Shown here: positions 56,006 through 64,000 of the stretch, piece by piece
How positions within the stretch are numbered: the first letter of the stretch is position 1
Layout: each line of letters opens with the position of its first letter
Virus record (IMG/VR): IMGVR_UViG_3300032322_001263
Source of the DNA: an uncultured virus (IMG/VR IMGVR_UViG_3300032322_001263)
Taxonomy: Duplodnaviria > Heunggongvirae > Uroviricota > Caudoviricetes
Reading direction: 5' to 3' (one strand)
DNA length: 64,000 bases
Translations under genes and position numbers: made by a program
The notes under the pieces: model-generated
The model's input: only the letters and a program-made list of their open reading frames with translations
Told to the model about the DNA's origin: nothing
Databases searched by the model: none

Positions 56006-56061
56006 TGGGCTTCCTTGTTGGCCTATAAAAGATAACACACCTACGGGCAGCTTGCAAGCGG

Positions 56062-56541
56062 TCAGCCGGGAATCGGTTTGTGTCCAGGCAGCCTGACATC
56101 ATTTGCCGCCGTAACGGCAACCGCAAGAGCTGCCCAAGCGTGGCTCTTGACTCCGTAAAGGGGGCCAGGGCTGCCTTTTGTGCCGACAACACCTATCGAG
56201 TCGATTAAAGATTGTCGAATGTTTGTATCTTTTGCCTTCGCTGTTCCGCAAACAAATAGCTTAATGTTGTTCCTATAGATTAGTTCAACTGAAATATTTG
56301 GGGCAAAAATGTTAACACGTTCTACAAATTTTCCAATCTCTACACATGTATTAAATACGGATGCACCGACAGCCATACCATAGGAAGCAATCATTTCTAT
56401 TGCTACATAGGTAGATCCATCTATTAATGATTCTTTAATTTTTTCATTTAGTTCATGGCCAGAATTTATTACGCGATTACCATCCCATATCACATAGCCA
56501 GATTTTTGCGGTCCTGGGTCAATCGCTAGAAGTCTCATCAC
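56062..56541 (-). CDS. RuvC-like Holliday junction resolvase
   Basis: LAIDPG, VAIE, G..KAKD and H.W.ALAVA motifs. Confidence 0.75.
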   Translation of the reverse strand: MMRLLAIDPGPQKSGYVIWDGNRVINSGHELNEKIKESLIDGSTYVAIEMIASYGMAVGASVFNTCVEIGKFVERVNIFAPNISVELIYRNNIKLFVCGTAKAKDTNIRQSLIDSIGVVGTKGSPGPLYGVKSHAWAALAVAVTAANDVRLPGHKPIPG

Positions 56542-57244
56542 TCGCCTCGGATTCCCTGTATAGCTCGATAAGCCTAGCGATCAATGCTTTCCTGTGCAAG
56601 GCGTCTAGGCGAACATGAAGTCTGTTTGCAATTTGATGAACCTGATGGACTGTTGGCCTTGCGTAAAGTTCAAGCTTGATTATCTTTACCGACTCTTTTA
56701 TTCCTTCTTTATCGCAGCATTCTACAACATCTTTGTATTTACGTCCAGGCCCAATTTGACAAAGTAGTTCAGGGTTGTGCGTATAAAGACCTTCAGCTAA
56801 GTGAAACTGCTTCCACCTCTCGTTTCTATTTTTTGCGTATTTCTTGAATATCGTAAGCCTTAGCCTTTTGTATTCAAAGTATTCTGCTGGAAAGTTAAAT
56901 ATATCATCTTGGTCCCTGAGCCATTTAATAAACTTAAAAGCATACTGGCTTTGAGATTTATCCTTTACCGCTGCTTTTGTGCAATTTGCAAGAAACTGGT
57001 TGAGGTCTGGACGTTTTACCCCGAGTCCGTAGCTTGAATTGAAAAAGAAATCTTTTATCCCAGATAGCTTTACCTCTTTATTCCCAAACGTTTTATATCC
57101 AAGATATACCTCGTTGCTCATTATTTTACACATAGTCACAAAAAATGGTTCTGAATATTGTCCATTGATGATGGCGCCAAGGTGTAGCCTTGCATCGGCT
57201 ACAAGTCTTGCACCATAAAACTCATCAGTTCTATCATTTAGCAT
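56519..57244 (-). CDS. hypothetical protein
   Basis: 241-aa basic ORF. Confidence 0.7.
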   Translation of the reverse strand: MLNDRTDEFYGARLVADARLHLGAIINGQYSEPFFVTMCKIMSNEVYLGYKTFGNKEVKLSGIKDFFFNSSYGLGVKRPDLNQFLANCTKAAVKDKSQSQYAFKFIKWLRDQDDIFNFPAEYFEYKRLRLTIFKKYAKNRNERWKQFHLAEGLYTHNPELLCQIGPGRKYKDVVECCDKEGIKESVKIIKLELYARPTVHQVHQIANRLHVRLDALHRKALIARLIELYRESEASDETSSD

Positions 57245-57276
57245 TACTTGCCTTCGGCTTGCTTAGCTAAGGATAC

Positions 57277-57308
57277 AAGAAAGCCACCCATTTTACAAGG
57301 CGGCTTTC
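57277..57308 (-). terminator. hairpin / probable terminator
   Basis: On - strand: GAAAGCCGCC-loop-GGTGGCTTTC-TT. Confidence 0.6.
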
Positions 57309-57311
57309 AGG

Positions 57312-57523
57312 TCTTGGACTCACAGGATGCCTTGACGAAGCCCACTGTCTGCGGAGACAGACTGGAACCACTTCGCTCCCTGATAAGACTCCTGATTCTG
57401 GCGTCGTTGAAGGGTAGCAATGTCAGAATTGCCGTTATTGCAGTAGTGCAAATACTGCACCTACATCTACCGCATGGCCCGAGCAGTAGCAACGTTGACG
57501 CTGGAGAGGCTTCCAGGCCAAGA
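57312..57523 (-). ncRNA. candidate structured non-coding RNA downstream of ssb
   Basis: Closing helix TCTTGG/CCAAGA plus at least four internal stems with G-U pairs on the - strand. Confidence 0.5.
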
Positions 57524-57532
57524 ACTACCTAC

Positions 57533-57916
57533 CTAAAAGGGAATGTCATCATCATCTTCAACTTTCTCTGGCTCAGGTCTTGCTGCTGGTTTCGATGCTT
57601 GCGAATAGCTCTCTTCACCATCAAGACGCTCAGGGAAGGAGAAATCAGAAACATCCATGAAAAAGCTGGAATACTCTGTTCCATCCTTCTTGGTCTTGTT
57701 GGTAACAGCTCTTACGCTACCAGTTACGGAAACTTGTCGTCCATCCTGCATGTACTTTTCCGCAACCTCAATCTTCTTGCCGTAAAAGTAGCAATTAAAG
57801 AAGTGAGACTGCTTGCCGCATTTAACACGGAGACTCAAGGCGCCACGTTTGCCATAGTCGTTTTGTTCGACTTTTACTTCTCCTGTGACGTAGCCAGTGA
57901 TTGCTACAGAAAACAT
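57533..57916 (-). CDS. ssb: single-stranded DNA-binding protein
   Basis: OB-fold motifs (F.C..YGK..E...KY...G.QV.V.G) and a DDDIPF tail. Confidence 0.9.
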   Translation of the reverse strand: MFSVAITGYVTGEVKVEQNDYGKRGALSLRVKCGKQSHFFNCYFYGKKIEVAEKYMQDGRQVSVTGSVRAVTNKTKKDGTEYSSFFMDVSDFSFPERLDGEESYSQASKPAARPEPEKVEDDDDIPF

Positions 57917-58734
57917 GGTTGAATCAATCGTGGGAACTTGGTATCTTGAATAGAGTAATAAGCTTTCAAGCGTTCGATAAACTCTTGCGCTGCAGCTTTT
58001 AACCCTTGCTTAGACAGGACGTGAAGCTGAGGCTCGCGCCAGTCGTAGCAAACGCATATTACTCCCTGCTCGATCTCATTGTCAAGCTCTCCACGTTTTA
58101 CGGCGAGATTGTGCATCAGGGCATAGGCGCCAAGTTGAACGAACGCTTCCCTGTAATGCGACTTGGCTTTAACTTTTTTTCTTTCATTTCCATGCTCGTC
58201 CAAGTCCTTGTACGATCTTACACTCTTACAGTCCCATATTGAATATCTTGGCGGAAGAGTAGTCTTTTGCTTTTTATCTGGTGCAGCAAAAAATAATCTT
58301 ATATCTGGAGTACCAGCACAACCTAAATGACAAAACAACTCCTGCTCAGTCAAGAAGTGATCGTGAATTTGATAATCGCCATCAACCTCTGAGCCATTCT
58401 GTTTTTTAAGATCCTCAAGCAGTGGAAATAGATAAGCAATATACTCGTGAATATTATGTGTGATAATTTCATCCATAGTTGGCGACTCAAGTTTTTTCTT
58501 TTCGTCGCTGAAAATATCAACTCCAAAAAAAGACTCTATCTCAGCATGTAACATAGTTCCCCTTCGCTGAGAAAATTGCAGTATCTCCTGCCAATCTGGC
58601 TCCTTACTTCGCCATATATCAAGTCCTTTTACTCTGTCTGGATGAAAAAGCTCTAACGTACTGCCAAGCACAGTGCTAACAGATACATATTCGTAGTCAT
58701 CTTTTTCATAAAACCCGCTGTCAGGGTGTACCAT
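57904..58734 (-). CDS. PD-(D/E)XK exonuclease
   Basis: SVSTVL, RGT..H, AGTPD, DxKS and QL.AYA motifs. Confidence 0.8.
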   Translation of the reverse strand: MVHPDSGFYEKDDYEYVSVSTVLGSTLELFHPDRVKGLDIWRSKEPDWQEILQFSQRRGTMLHAEIESFFGVDIFSDEKKKLESPTMDEIITHNIHEYIAYLFPLLEDLKKQNGSEVDGDYQIHDHFLTEQELFCHLGCAGTPDIRLFFAAPDKKQKTTLPPRYSIWDCKSVRSYKDLDEHGNERKKVKAKSHYREAFVQLGAYALMHNLAVKRGELDNEIEQGVICVCYDWREPQLHVLSKQGLKAAAQEFIERLKAYYSIQDTKFPRLIQPCFL

Positions 58735-58743
58735 TTTTATTGC

Positions 58744-58950
58744 TCATGGAATAATACATGCAGAGATTTGTAATGCACTTAACAGACACTCACCGTGCTG
58801 GCAGGTTCCATCGTAAGTGTGTCCTGTTATTTGTCCGTATCCGTTGCGAAAAGATACGTCTTTCAGTGAAATCCAGACACCATCTACAAGAAAGCTTGCA
58901 AATGGAACTGGCTTCTGAAATGTACTTTGCAAGGTGTTACCATCAATCAT
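58744..58950 (-). CDS. hypothetical protein
   Basis: ATG overlapping the ERF stop. Confidence 0.5.
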   Translation of the reverse strand: MIDGNTLQSTFQKPVPFASFLVDGVWISLKDVSFRNGYGQITGHTYDGTCQHGECLLSALQISACIIP

Positions 58951-59740
58951 CACCAAAAGCCTCATTAGCAGCGTTCTCCAGTTCGTCAATAGAACTCGTT
59001 CCACTAATCTTATCCTTTACTGGAGCTTGGATGACTTGCGTTCCTTTACTGTTCTTGCCTTCGTTGAACATTTTCACATGTTCAGGACCGACAGCCTTCA
59101 GTAGTGCCGCAACCTTCAGTGCTGGAATCTCCTCAACGCTGCCCGATTCAGTAATTGCAAGAACGGTTTTCATCCCGTACTTAGTAATTCCAAGTTCGGT
59201 TAGCTTGGCCACCAGGCCAGCGGCATCGGTAAGTGCAAGAACGGTTTTCATCCCGTGCTTGGTAATTCCAGATTCTGAGATCAGTTCTTTTTCGACCGAC
59301 TTTGCAGCTTCTTTCACCACTGGCTTCAAGGCCTTCCCTGCAGCCTGCGGTTCTTTGTCATCACTACCAAGTACAGCATCAAGTGCATCATGCTCAACAA
59401 TCTCCATTGCAGTTACCCAAAGGTAACGGCGAAGATAGGTTTGTACTGCGCCAAGGTTTTGAATTTCGTGAGCACCCTTGAGCGCTGCACTACTCATCGG
59501 GCTGCAAATTTCAATCAAGTCATCTGGATCTTCAGAATTAAAAATTGTCAGTGTTGCCTGCTCCATTCCATAGGAAACGACGCCGCAGATACCAACCTCG
59601 GAAAAGATTTCCTGAACTGTAGGCAGGAAGTCTGCAAGTTCAAAGTAGCTGTATTGTGCAAACTTGTTTTTACCAGTCTTTGTGAGCTTGCGGGACTGGA
59701 GCATGATGCGGGCTTGCATCAGTTTTTGGTGAACAGACAT
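58943..59740 (-). CDS. erf: ERF-family single-strand annealing recombinase
   Basis: K.GKNKFA.Y.YFEL.D and QNLGAVQTYLRRYL motifs. Confidence 0.85.
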   Translation of the reverse strand: MSVHQKLMQARIMLQSRKLTKTGKNKFAQYSYFELADFLPTVQEIFSEVGICGVVSYGMEQATLTIFNSEDPDDLIEICSPMSSAALKGAHEIQNLGAVQTYLRRYLWVTAMEIVEHDALDAVLGSDDKEPQAAGKALKPVVKEAAKSVEKELISESGITKHGMKTVLALTDAAGLVAKLTELGITKYGMKTVLAITESGSVEEIPALKVAALLKAVGPEHVKMFNEGKNSKGTQVIQAPVKDKISGTSSIDELENAANEAFGDD

Positions 59741-59808
59741 GCCGCGATGGGTGTTGACAAGCTGCAAGGTAGCATGACCTAGCACAAGCTGTCAAGCCTT
59801 TACCTGCA

Positions 59809-60102
59809 ATGCCAACACGCGCCTCAACCTCTCTCAACAGGATCTTGCGAGTGACAGTAAATCTCTTGTTTGAAAAAGGTGAAAGTGTTCAAGCGATAGC
59901 AAACTTCATGCAAGGCTTCATTGATAGAAGAATGATTCAGGAATGGTATGAGAAGTATTGCGAGATAAACGGACTCGCAACTGATACAAATTCAGACAAC
60001 AAGAACATGACCAGGAGGATACCAGTTGCACCTATTGACTTTGAAAAAGTAACCTTAGATGAACTTGAAAGCAAAAAAGAATGCCACTGGGATGACTTTT
60101 AG
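59809..60102 (+). CDS. small divergently transcribed protein, possible HTH regulator
   Basis: GESVQAIANFM...RRMIQEWY; lone + strand gene in the - block. Confidence 0.5.
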   Translation: MPTRASTSLNRILRVTVNLLFEKGESVQAIANFMQGFIDRRMIQEWYEKYCEINGLATDTNSDNKNMTRRIPVAPIDFEKVTLDELESKKECHWDDF

Positions 60103-60302
60103 AAAGTTTCGCTTCGCCCCAGTTTTGTTTTTTTCTTTTTGCTTTTCTTGATTTCTTTTTCAATTTCCTTGGGCTTTTGTTTTGGGTTGTTCAAGATATG
60201 AATAAAAGCTTCCGCATATCCAGGCGGTTCAAGCTCTGGGTGCAAAGTAAAAATTGCAGTCCAATTTGGTAATGGTTTGTGCGGTTGCTGGTTGCCTTGC
60301 AT
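60099..60302 (-). CDS. small basic hypothetical protein
   Basis: W..IF...PELEPPGY.E motif; Lys-rich tail. Confidence 0.55.
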   Translation of the reverse strand: MQGNQQPHKPLPNWTAIFTLHPELEPPGYAEAFIHILNNPKQKPKEIEKEIKKSKKKKTKLGRSETF

Positions 60303-60428
60303 TTACTTTTAGCGATAGCAGCGGATAGGGGTTGAGTCAGGTGGCCAGCAGGAGGCCCTGGAAGGCCATTGAAACAGTTTGCCGTGGAATGACAGCGGGA
60401 TAACCCTAGCGGCACCTTCCTGCGGCAG

Positions 60429-61037
60429 TTAGGGGCCTCTCATGTCGCTTTGATCTGGGTTGGGGGAGGCGAAGAGAAATCTCTCAAACTCGTAAATGCT
60501 ATTTAGCTTTTGCCGCATATCTCTTGTAGCCTCAATGATGGTCTTTATCTGCTGCAGATAATCAATTATATGACGCTTATTTGCTGTTGCATGTTCAATC
60601 AGTTCCGTAAGTAAAGAGATCACAGCTTTGACGGTAGTCTTGTTTGCGTAAAACTGATTAGCTGTCATTTCGTAAAATATTTCATCATTGGCGACATGGT
60701 TAATAAGTTCAATAGCGCTAGAATGTTTTGCCATGAAAATACGAGTTACCTTAACGCATTGTCTTCTGTATGCAATCTTATCCTCATACGGTAAAAACTT
60801 ATAGTCAAAGTCATCTACAAGCGCAAAGCAGTACGAGTTGCCAGCGAATCCAGATACCTGAGAACAAAGCGCGTATGTCCTTCGTTCTACTTTAATCCTA
60901 TCGCCAATCTTTATGTGACCAGGAGGCGAGAATGAATTTCCTGCATAGCAAAGAATAAAATCATCATTCCACCTACATTTGTCATCCTTGTCTCTATTGC
61001 AGACTGGACATGGAGTACGGCGTGAAGAGTGTTTCAT
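60429..61037 (-). CDS. protein with primase-type N-terminal zinc-binding domain
   Basis: R..PCPVC.R..D..CR......LC; no TOPRIM motif seen. Confidence 0.55.
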   Translation of the reverse strand: MKHSSRRTPCPVCNRDKDDKCRWNDDFILCYAGNSFSPPGHIKIGDRIKVERRTYALCSQVSGFAGNSYCFALVDDFDYKFLPYEDKIAYRRQCVKVTRIFMAKHSSAIELINHVANDEIFYEMTANQFYANKTTVKAVISLLTELIEHATANKRHIIDYLQQIKTIIEATRDMRQKLNSIYEFERFLFASPNPDQSDMRGP

Positions 61038-61039
61038 AA

Positions 61040-62485
61040 TTACAGAGTGCTAGCTGAGTCAAGCATTGCATAATGGGGCGCAGCAAAAATTGCATTACAT
61101 ATTCCTGTCGGTCCTTGTCTGTTTTTTACAATCGCATATTCATAGCTCATTTGGTCAGCGCCTTTGTCGTAATAGTAAGGCCAGAAGTTCATAATTACAA
61201 CATCTGCATCTTCTTCAATTCTTCCTGATTCACGAAGGTCGGATAGTTGTGGCCTTTTGTTGTCTCTCATTTCAACACCACGATTAAGCTGGCAAACTGC
61301 AAGAATATCTACACCAGTCTGCAATGCAACAGTTTTTAGGCGCCTAGTTGCTTTACCAACTGCAAGTGCCCTATTTTCACTTGAAACTTTCTCAGAGTCA
61401 AGATCAAGTAGCGTAAGATAATCAATAACAACAAGACCAAGACTTTTGTTCCTGCGCTTCTCTGTTTTAATTCTTGAAACAAGCTGATCTGGTGTAACTT
61501 CATAAGTGTTAGCGAAGATCATATTGGCTGCAATTGAATCAAGGTCAATGTCGTTAATTCTTTTCGCATCAGTCTTACTTATTTCTTGTCGAATGATATG
61601 CCCGTAAGATAGCGGCACTCTTAGTTCGCTTGGAAGTACATTGTCATTAGCGATACAATTAAGGTAGTCAAGACAGGAAATCATTCTATCGCTAACCTCC
61701 TTCTCTGACATTTCAAGTGTATAGTACAAAACCTTTGTATCCTTGCTAGCAACATCTAAAGCGAGATTCATTGCCCATGTACTTTTGCCGCTTCCTGGGC
61801 GACCCGCAACTACTATAAGCCTTCCTTTATCTGCAGAATCTGGATGACGTATTCCACCACCAAGGCAATGGTTAAGTCCTGACAACCTTGTTTTGAGTAC
61901 ACGCTTTAATAGCTTTGGGCCTGTCAAGATTTCTCTTGATGCAAGCAACGGATGTTGCTCTGTTTTTTGAAACCGTTGGCCTTCAAGTAATTCGGCGGCA
62001 TGTACGATATTTGCAAGAGCAGTTCCTGTTTCTTTTTGGTTGCATGTAGCTTTTATTAGCTCCAGTGATTTCTCAAGGTGTTTCTTTACGAGCTTCCTGG
62101 AAATCTGTGATGCCCAGATTGGCATAACCTTGAACCTCCACGCATCAATATCATTTTCAATTGGGTATCCAGTAATTTCAACTACATAGCTTTCCGCTGT
62201 TGCAAGCTCACAGCCAGCAATCTTCTTAAGGCGAGATGAGAATGTAATGTCATTTATTGGCGCCTGACTAAAATTGGCAAATTCATCATGGAGGCATTTG
62301 TATGCACACCTATTAAACATATCGGAAAACATTTCTTCCGATTTAACAAGATCCATGAATTCACAGATCCAGTCATTGTTGCCAACGTTAAAAGAAAAGT
62401 AATTGTATGCGACAGCAATGAAATGTTTTTCAATTTCAATTGACGTTTCGGCTGATTCAAATAAGGCGAGGTCAAGGAGTGTCAT
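61040..62485 (-). CDS. dnaB: DnaB-like replicative helicase
   Basis: AGRPGSGKS, LEMS, VVIDYL.L, QLNRGVE.R..KRP.LSDLRESG.IE.DAD and KNRQGP motifs. Confidence 0.93.
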   Translation of the reverse strand: MTLLDLALFESAETSIEIEKHFIAVAYNYFSFNVGNNDWICEFMDLVKSEEMFSDMFNRCAYKCLHDEFANFSQAPINDITFSSRLKKIAGCELATAESYVVEITGYPIENDIDAWRFKVMPIWASQISRKLVKKHLEKSLELIKATCNQKETGTALANIVHAAELLEGQRFQKTEQHPLLASREILTGPKLLKRVLKTRLSGLNHCLGGGIRHPDSADKGRLIVVAGRPGSGKSTWAMNLALDVASKDTKVLYYTLEMSEKEVSDRMISCLDYLNCIANDNVLPSELRVPLSYGHIIRQEISKTDAKRINDIDLDSIAANMIFANTYEVTPDQLVSRIKTEKRRNKSLGLVVIDYLTLLDLDSEKVSSENRALAVGKATRRLKTVALQTGVDILAVCQLNRGVEMRDNKRPQLSDLRESGRIEEDADVVIMNFWPYYYDKGADQMSYEYAIVKNRQGPTGICNAIFAAPHYAMLDSASTL

Positions 62486-62503
62486 GGTTTTGTGTGCTTG
62501 TTG

Positions 62504-63340
62504 TTAAACTAGGTCGTCTGCAAATGTAGCAGATATTTGTGGTAGCTGTCTAGTAGTGTTGCGTAAGTTATTACCTTGTTGGTTTTTCATTCCAAATCTC
62601 TGCCAGTTTTCATAGGTGATAGAAGTCCACCTTTTTTCTCCGCTCTCTGATCTTTTAATTGCTGTCTCAAGCTGAGACTTTACAGAATCTGTTCCGCCAA
62701 GCTTATCTTGCTTTATTTTCAGTAGCTCATGTATTTGACCTTCAAATGCTCGCCTTGTTTTCTGTCCTCCTTTGTGCTTATTAAAGAACAAGCAAATAAG
62801 ATCAGATATACTTTGTAGCTCACCTGGGATCGCCTCTGGGCTTGCTCCTTGCCACTTGCTCCCCCCTGAAGCCGCAGGCTGGTGGGGGGATATAGGGGGG
62901 TTTTTAGAGTTATTAGAGTAATAAGGAGTTAGTGCAAGAACTGCACCCAGGTCGCCACCCTCGCTCAGTGCAGAATCTGCACCTAGGGACTCCTCCTGGT
63001 CGCCCCTTGTTGGTGGCTCAAGGTTCCATATCTTTAATGTATAGACATTGCATGATCTCTTGCCATCAACATACTTTGAATGCTTTTCGACTAATTGCTT
63101 GTCTTGCAACAGTTGCACTGTATCTATGATTGTTCGCTTTCCAAGTGAAGTTATCTTCGCCAGTGTTTCAAGATTTGCTTCCACAGTGGATTCATTTCTC
63201 ATTCCATCAGCAAAAGCCTGAAGAACAAGAATGAGTAGCATCTCGTTTCTTGAGATCCATTCCGGTTCACTGAATTGCCTTTTGAGTATCCATGTAGGAA
63301 ATCCAACGAATGGATAAAAGCTTTTGAATTCACTGGCCAT
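62504..63340 (-). CDS. phage replication initiator (N-terminal wHTH)
   Basis: LETLAKITSLGKRTI....L.DK.LV...N.Y wHTH; upstream of dnaB; contains iteron-like palindromes. Confidence 0.7.
   Translation of the reverse strand: MASEFKSFYPFVGFPTWILKRQFSEPEWISRNEMLLILVLQAFADGMRNESTVEANLETLAKITSLGKRTIIDTVQLLQDKQLVEKHSKYVDGKRSCNVYTLKIWNLEPPTRGDQEESLGADSALSEGGDLGAVLALTPYYSNNSKNPPISPHQPAASGGSKWQGASPEAIPGELQSISDLICLFFNKHKGGQKTRRAFEGQIHELLKIKQDKLGGTDSVKSQLETAIKRSESGEKRWTSITYENWQRFGMKNQQGNNLRNTTRQLPQISATFADDLV
62931..62987. repeat. iteron-like palindromes within the initiator gene
   Basis: AGTGCAAGAACTGCACCCAGG at 62931 and AGTGCAGAATCTGCACCTAGG at 62967. Confidence 0.55.
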
Positions 63341-63623
63341 CTGATGTGTTTGAGGTTGGGTTACTTTTTACTTGCTCGATGATCTCCTGACCTATCCTCA
63401 TCGCCAATGCTTGTTGCTTGCAAATTCTTTTATGACCTGCACTATCACCCCTTGCAATCATACTAAGCTTTAGCGTTGCAAGAGCGATAATGCTATGTTC
63501 TATTTCCAGTGATTTACTTAGTTGCGCCTCGTTCATAGTCTTGTGTATCCCCTGGAGTCCTATTGCTATCTGAATTGGGTCCAAATCTTCTTGTAATATC
63601 TCCGATGATTTCATTGATCTCAA
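63330..63623 (-). CDS. hypothetical protein
   Basis: ORF; start uncertain (overlaps upstream gene). Confidence 0.5.
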   Translation of the reverse strand: MRSMKSSEILQEDLDPIQIAIGLQGIHKTMNEAQLSKSLEIEHSIIALATLKLSMIARGDSAGHKRICKQQALAMRIGQEIIEQVKSNPTSNTSDGQ

Positions 63624-63879
63624 CGTCAGCGGTTGAAAGGGTTTTCTTCATGTCATAGTGAAGCTTGAATTCTCTCTGATCAAGAGAATCTATTTCCCGT
63701 TCGATTTTTCCTTGCGCCACTGATCCATCAATCTCAAGCGTCATGTCAATCATTAACTTGTTGCGTTTCCCTTTTATCTCTTGCACAAGTATTTTGTGCC
63801 TGGCTTTTGTGTTGAGAATAACCTCCTTTACCCTTGTAGCTTTGTGCAAGAGTTCCTGCAACTCGTTGTCGCTTGTCAT
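63514..63879 (-). CDS. coiled-coil hypothetical protein
   Basis: 121-aa ORF with CA-rich leader. Confidence 0.6.
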   Translation of the reverse strand: MTSDNELQELLHKATRVKEVILNTKARHKILVQEIKGKRNKLMIDMTLEIDGSVAQGKIEREIDSLDQREFKLHYDMKKTLSTADVEINEIIGDITRRFGPNSDSNRTPGDTQDYERGATK

Positions 63880-64000
63880 TTTTTGTGTGTGTTGTGACGA
63901 GTAGATCCGAGACTGTACTAGCTTTTGTACTATTTAATTGGCTTACCTAATGGGAAAAAGTTTGTCATAAAAGAATAGAGAGCTGCTTTCTATTGTGATC

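Noticed and set aside
55388..56035. + strand 215-aa ORF and other long antisense ORFs over capsid, tail and GC-rich genes
   Set aside because: Shadow ORFs opposite clearly recognisable genes with biased codon usage
57312..57523. Hammerhead ribozyme or tRNA
   Set aside because: No CUGAnGA/GAAA core in the right context and no T-loop or cloverleaf
57248..57922. 224-aa + strand ORF and the 61-aa ORF 57307-57492
   Set aside because: The first is antisense to the well-supported ssb; both have weak TTG starts and no protein-like features
57904..58734. Cas4 / CRISPR adaptation gene
   Set aside because: Lacks the C-terminal Fe-S Cys cluster and sits in an ERF-exonuclease-SSB recombination module
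59754..59795. CI/Cro-type lysogeny switch
   Set aside because: An inverted TTGACA pair is present, but there is no CI-like repressor with an S24 domain and no integrase; only the - strand promoter is plausible

Overview
This 64-kb window is most of a tailed dsDNA phage genome with siphovirus-type morphogenesis genes. The host is probably a picocyanobacterium, inferred from a cyAbrB-like regulator, an RpoD-type sigma factor, a cyanobacterial LexA-box match and an NblA-like ORF. Layout: (i) 1-11.2 kb, + strand: about 30 small hypothetical early genes, divided into blocks by a repeated ~75-bp element (TTGACA-17-TATAAT promoter, palindromic spacer, 5' stem-loop). (ii) 11.2-14.7 kb: a TerS-like gene, a wHTH gene, a repeat-rich non-coding tract (CATT and ACTTAC microrepeats, a 49-bp bipartite tandem repeat) and two orphan genes; this is a candidate terminus, packaging or origin region. 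(iii) 14.8-48.5 kb, + strand: TerL, portal, scaffold, major capsid, neck, tail tube, tail chaperone with an apparent +1 frameshift, tape measure with a circularly permuted M23-like domain, tail tip, fibres and a lysis module. (iv) 48.9-64 kb, mostly - strand: alpha-CTD-like protein, dCTP deaminase, sigma factor, MazG-like pyrophosphatase, cyAbrB, RuvC-like resolvase, SSB followed by a candidate ~210-nt structured RNA, exonuclease, ERF recombinase, DnaB helicase and a replication initiator with iteron-like palindromes. I saw no integrase, DNA polymerase, tRNA or CRISPR array. All protein calls come from motif recognition by eye, not from database searches.
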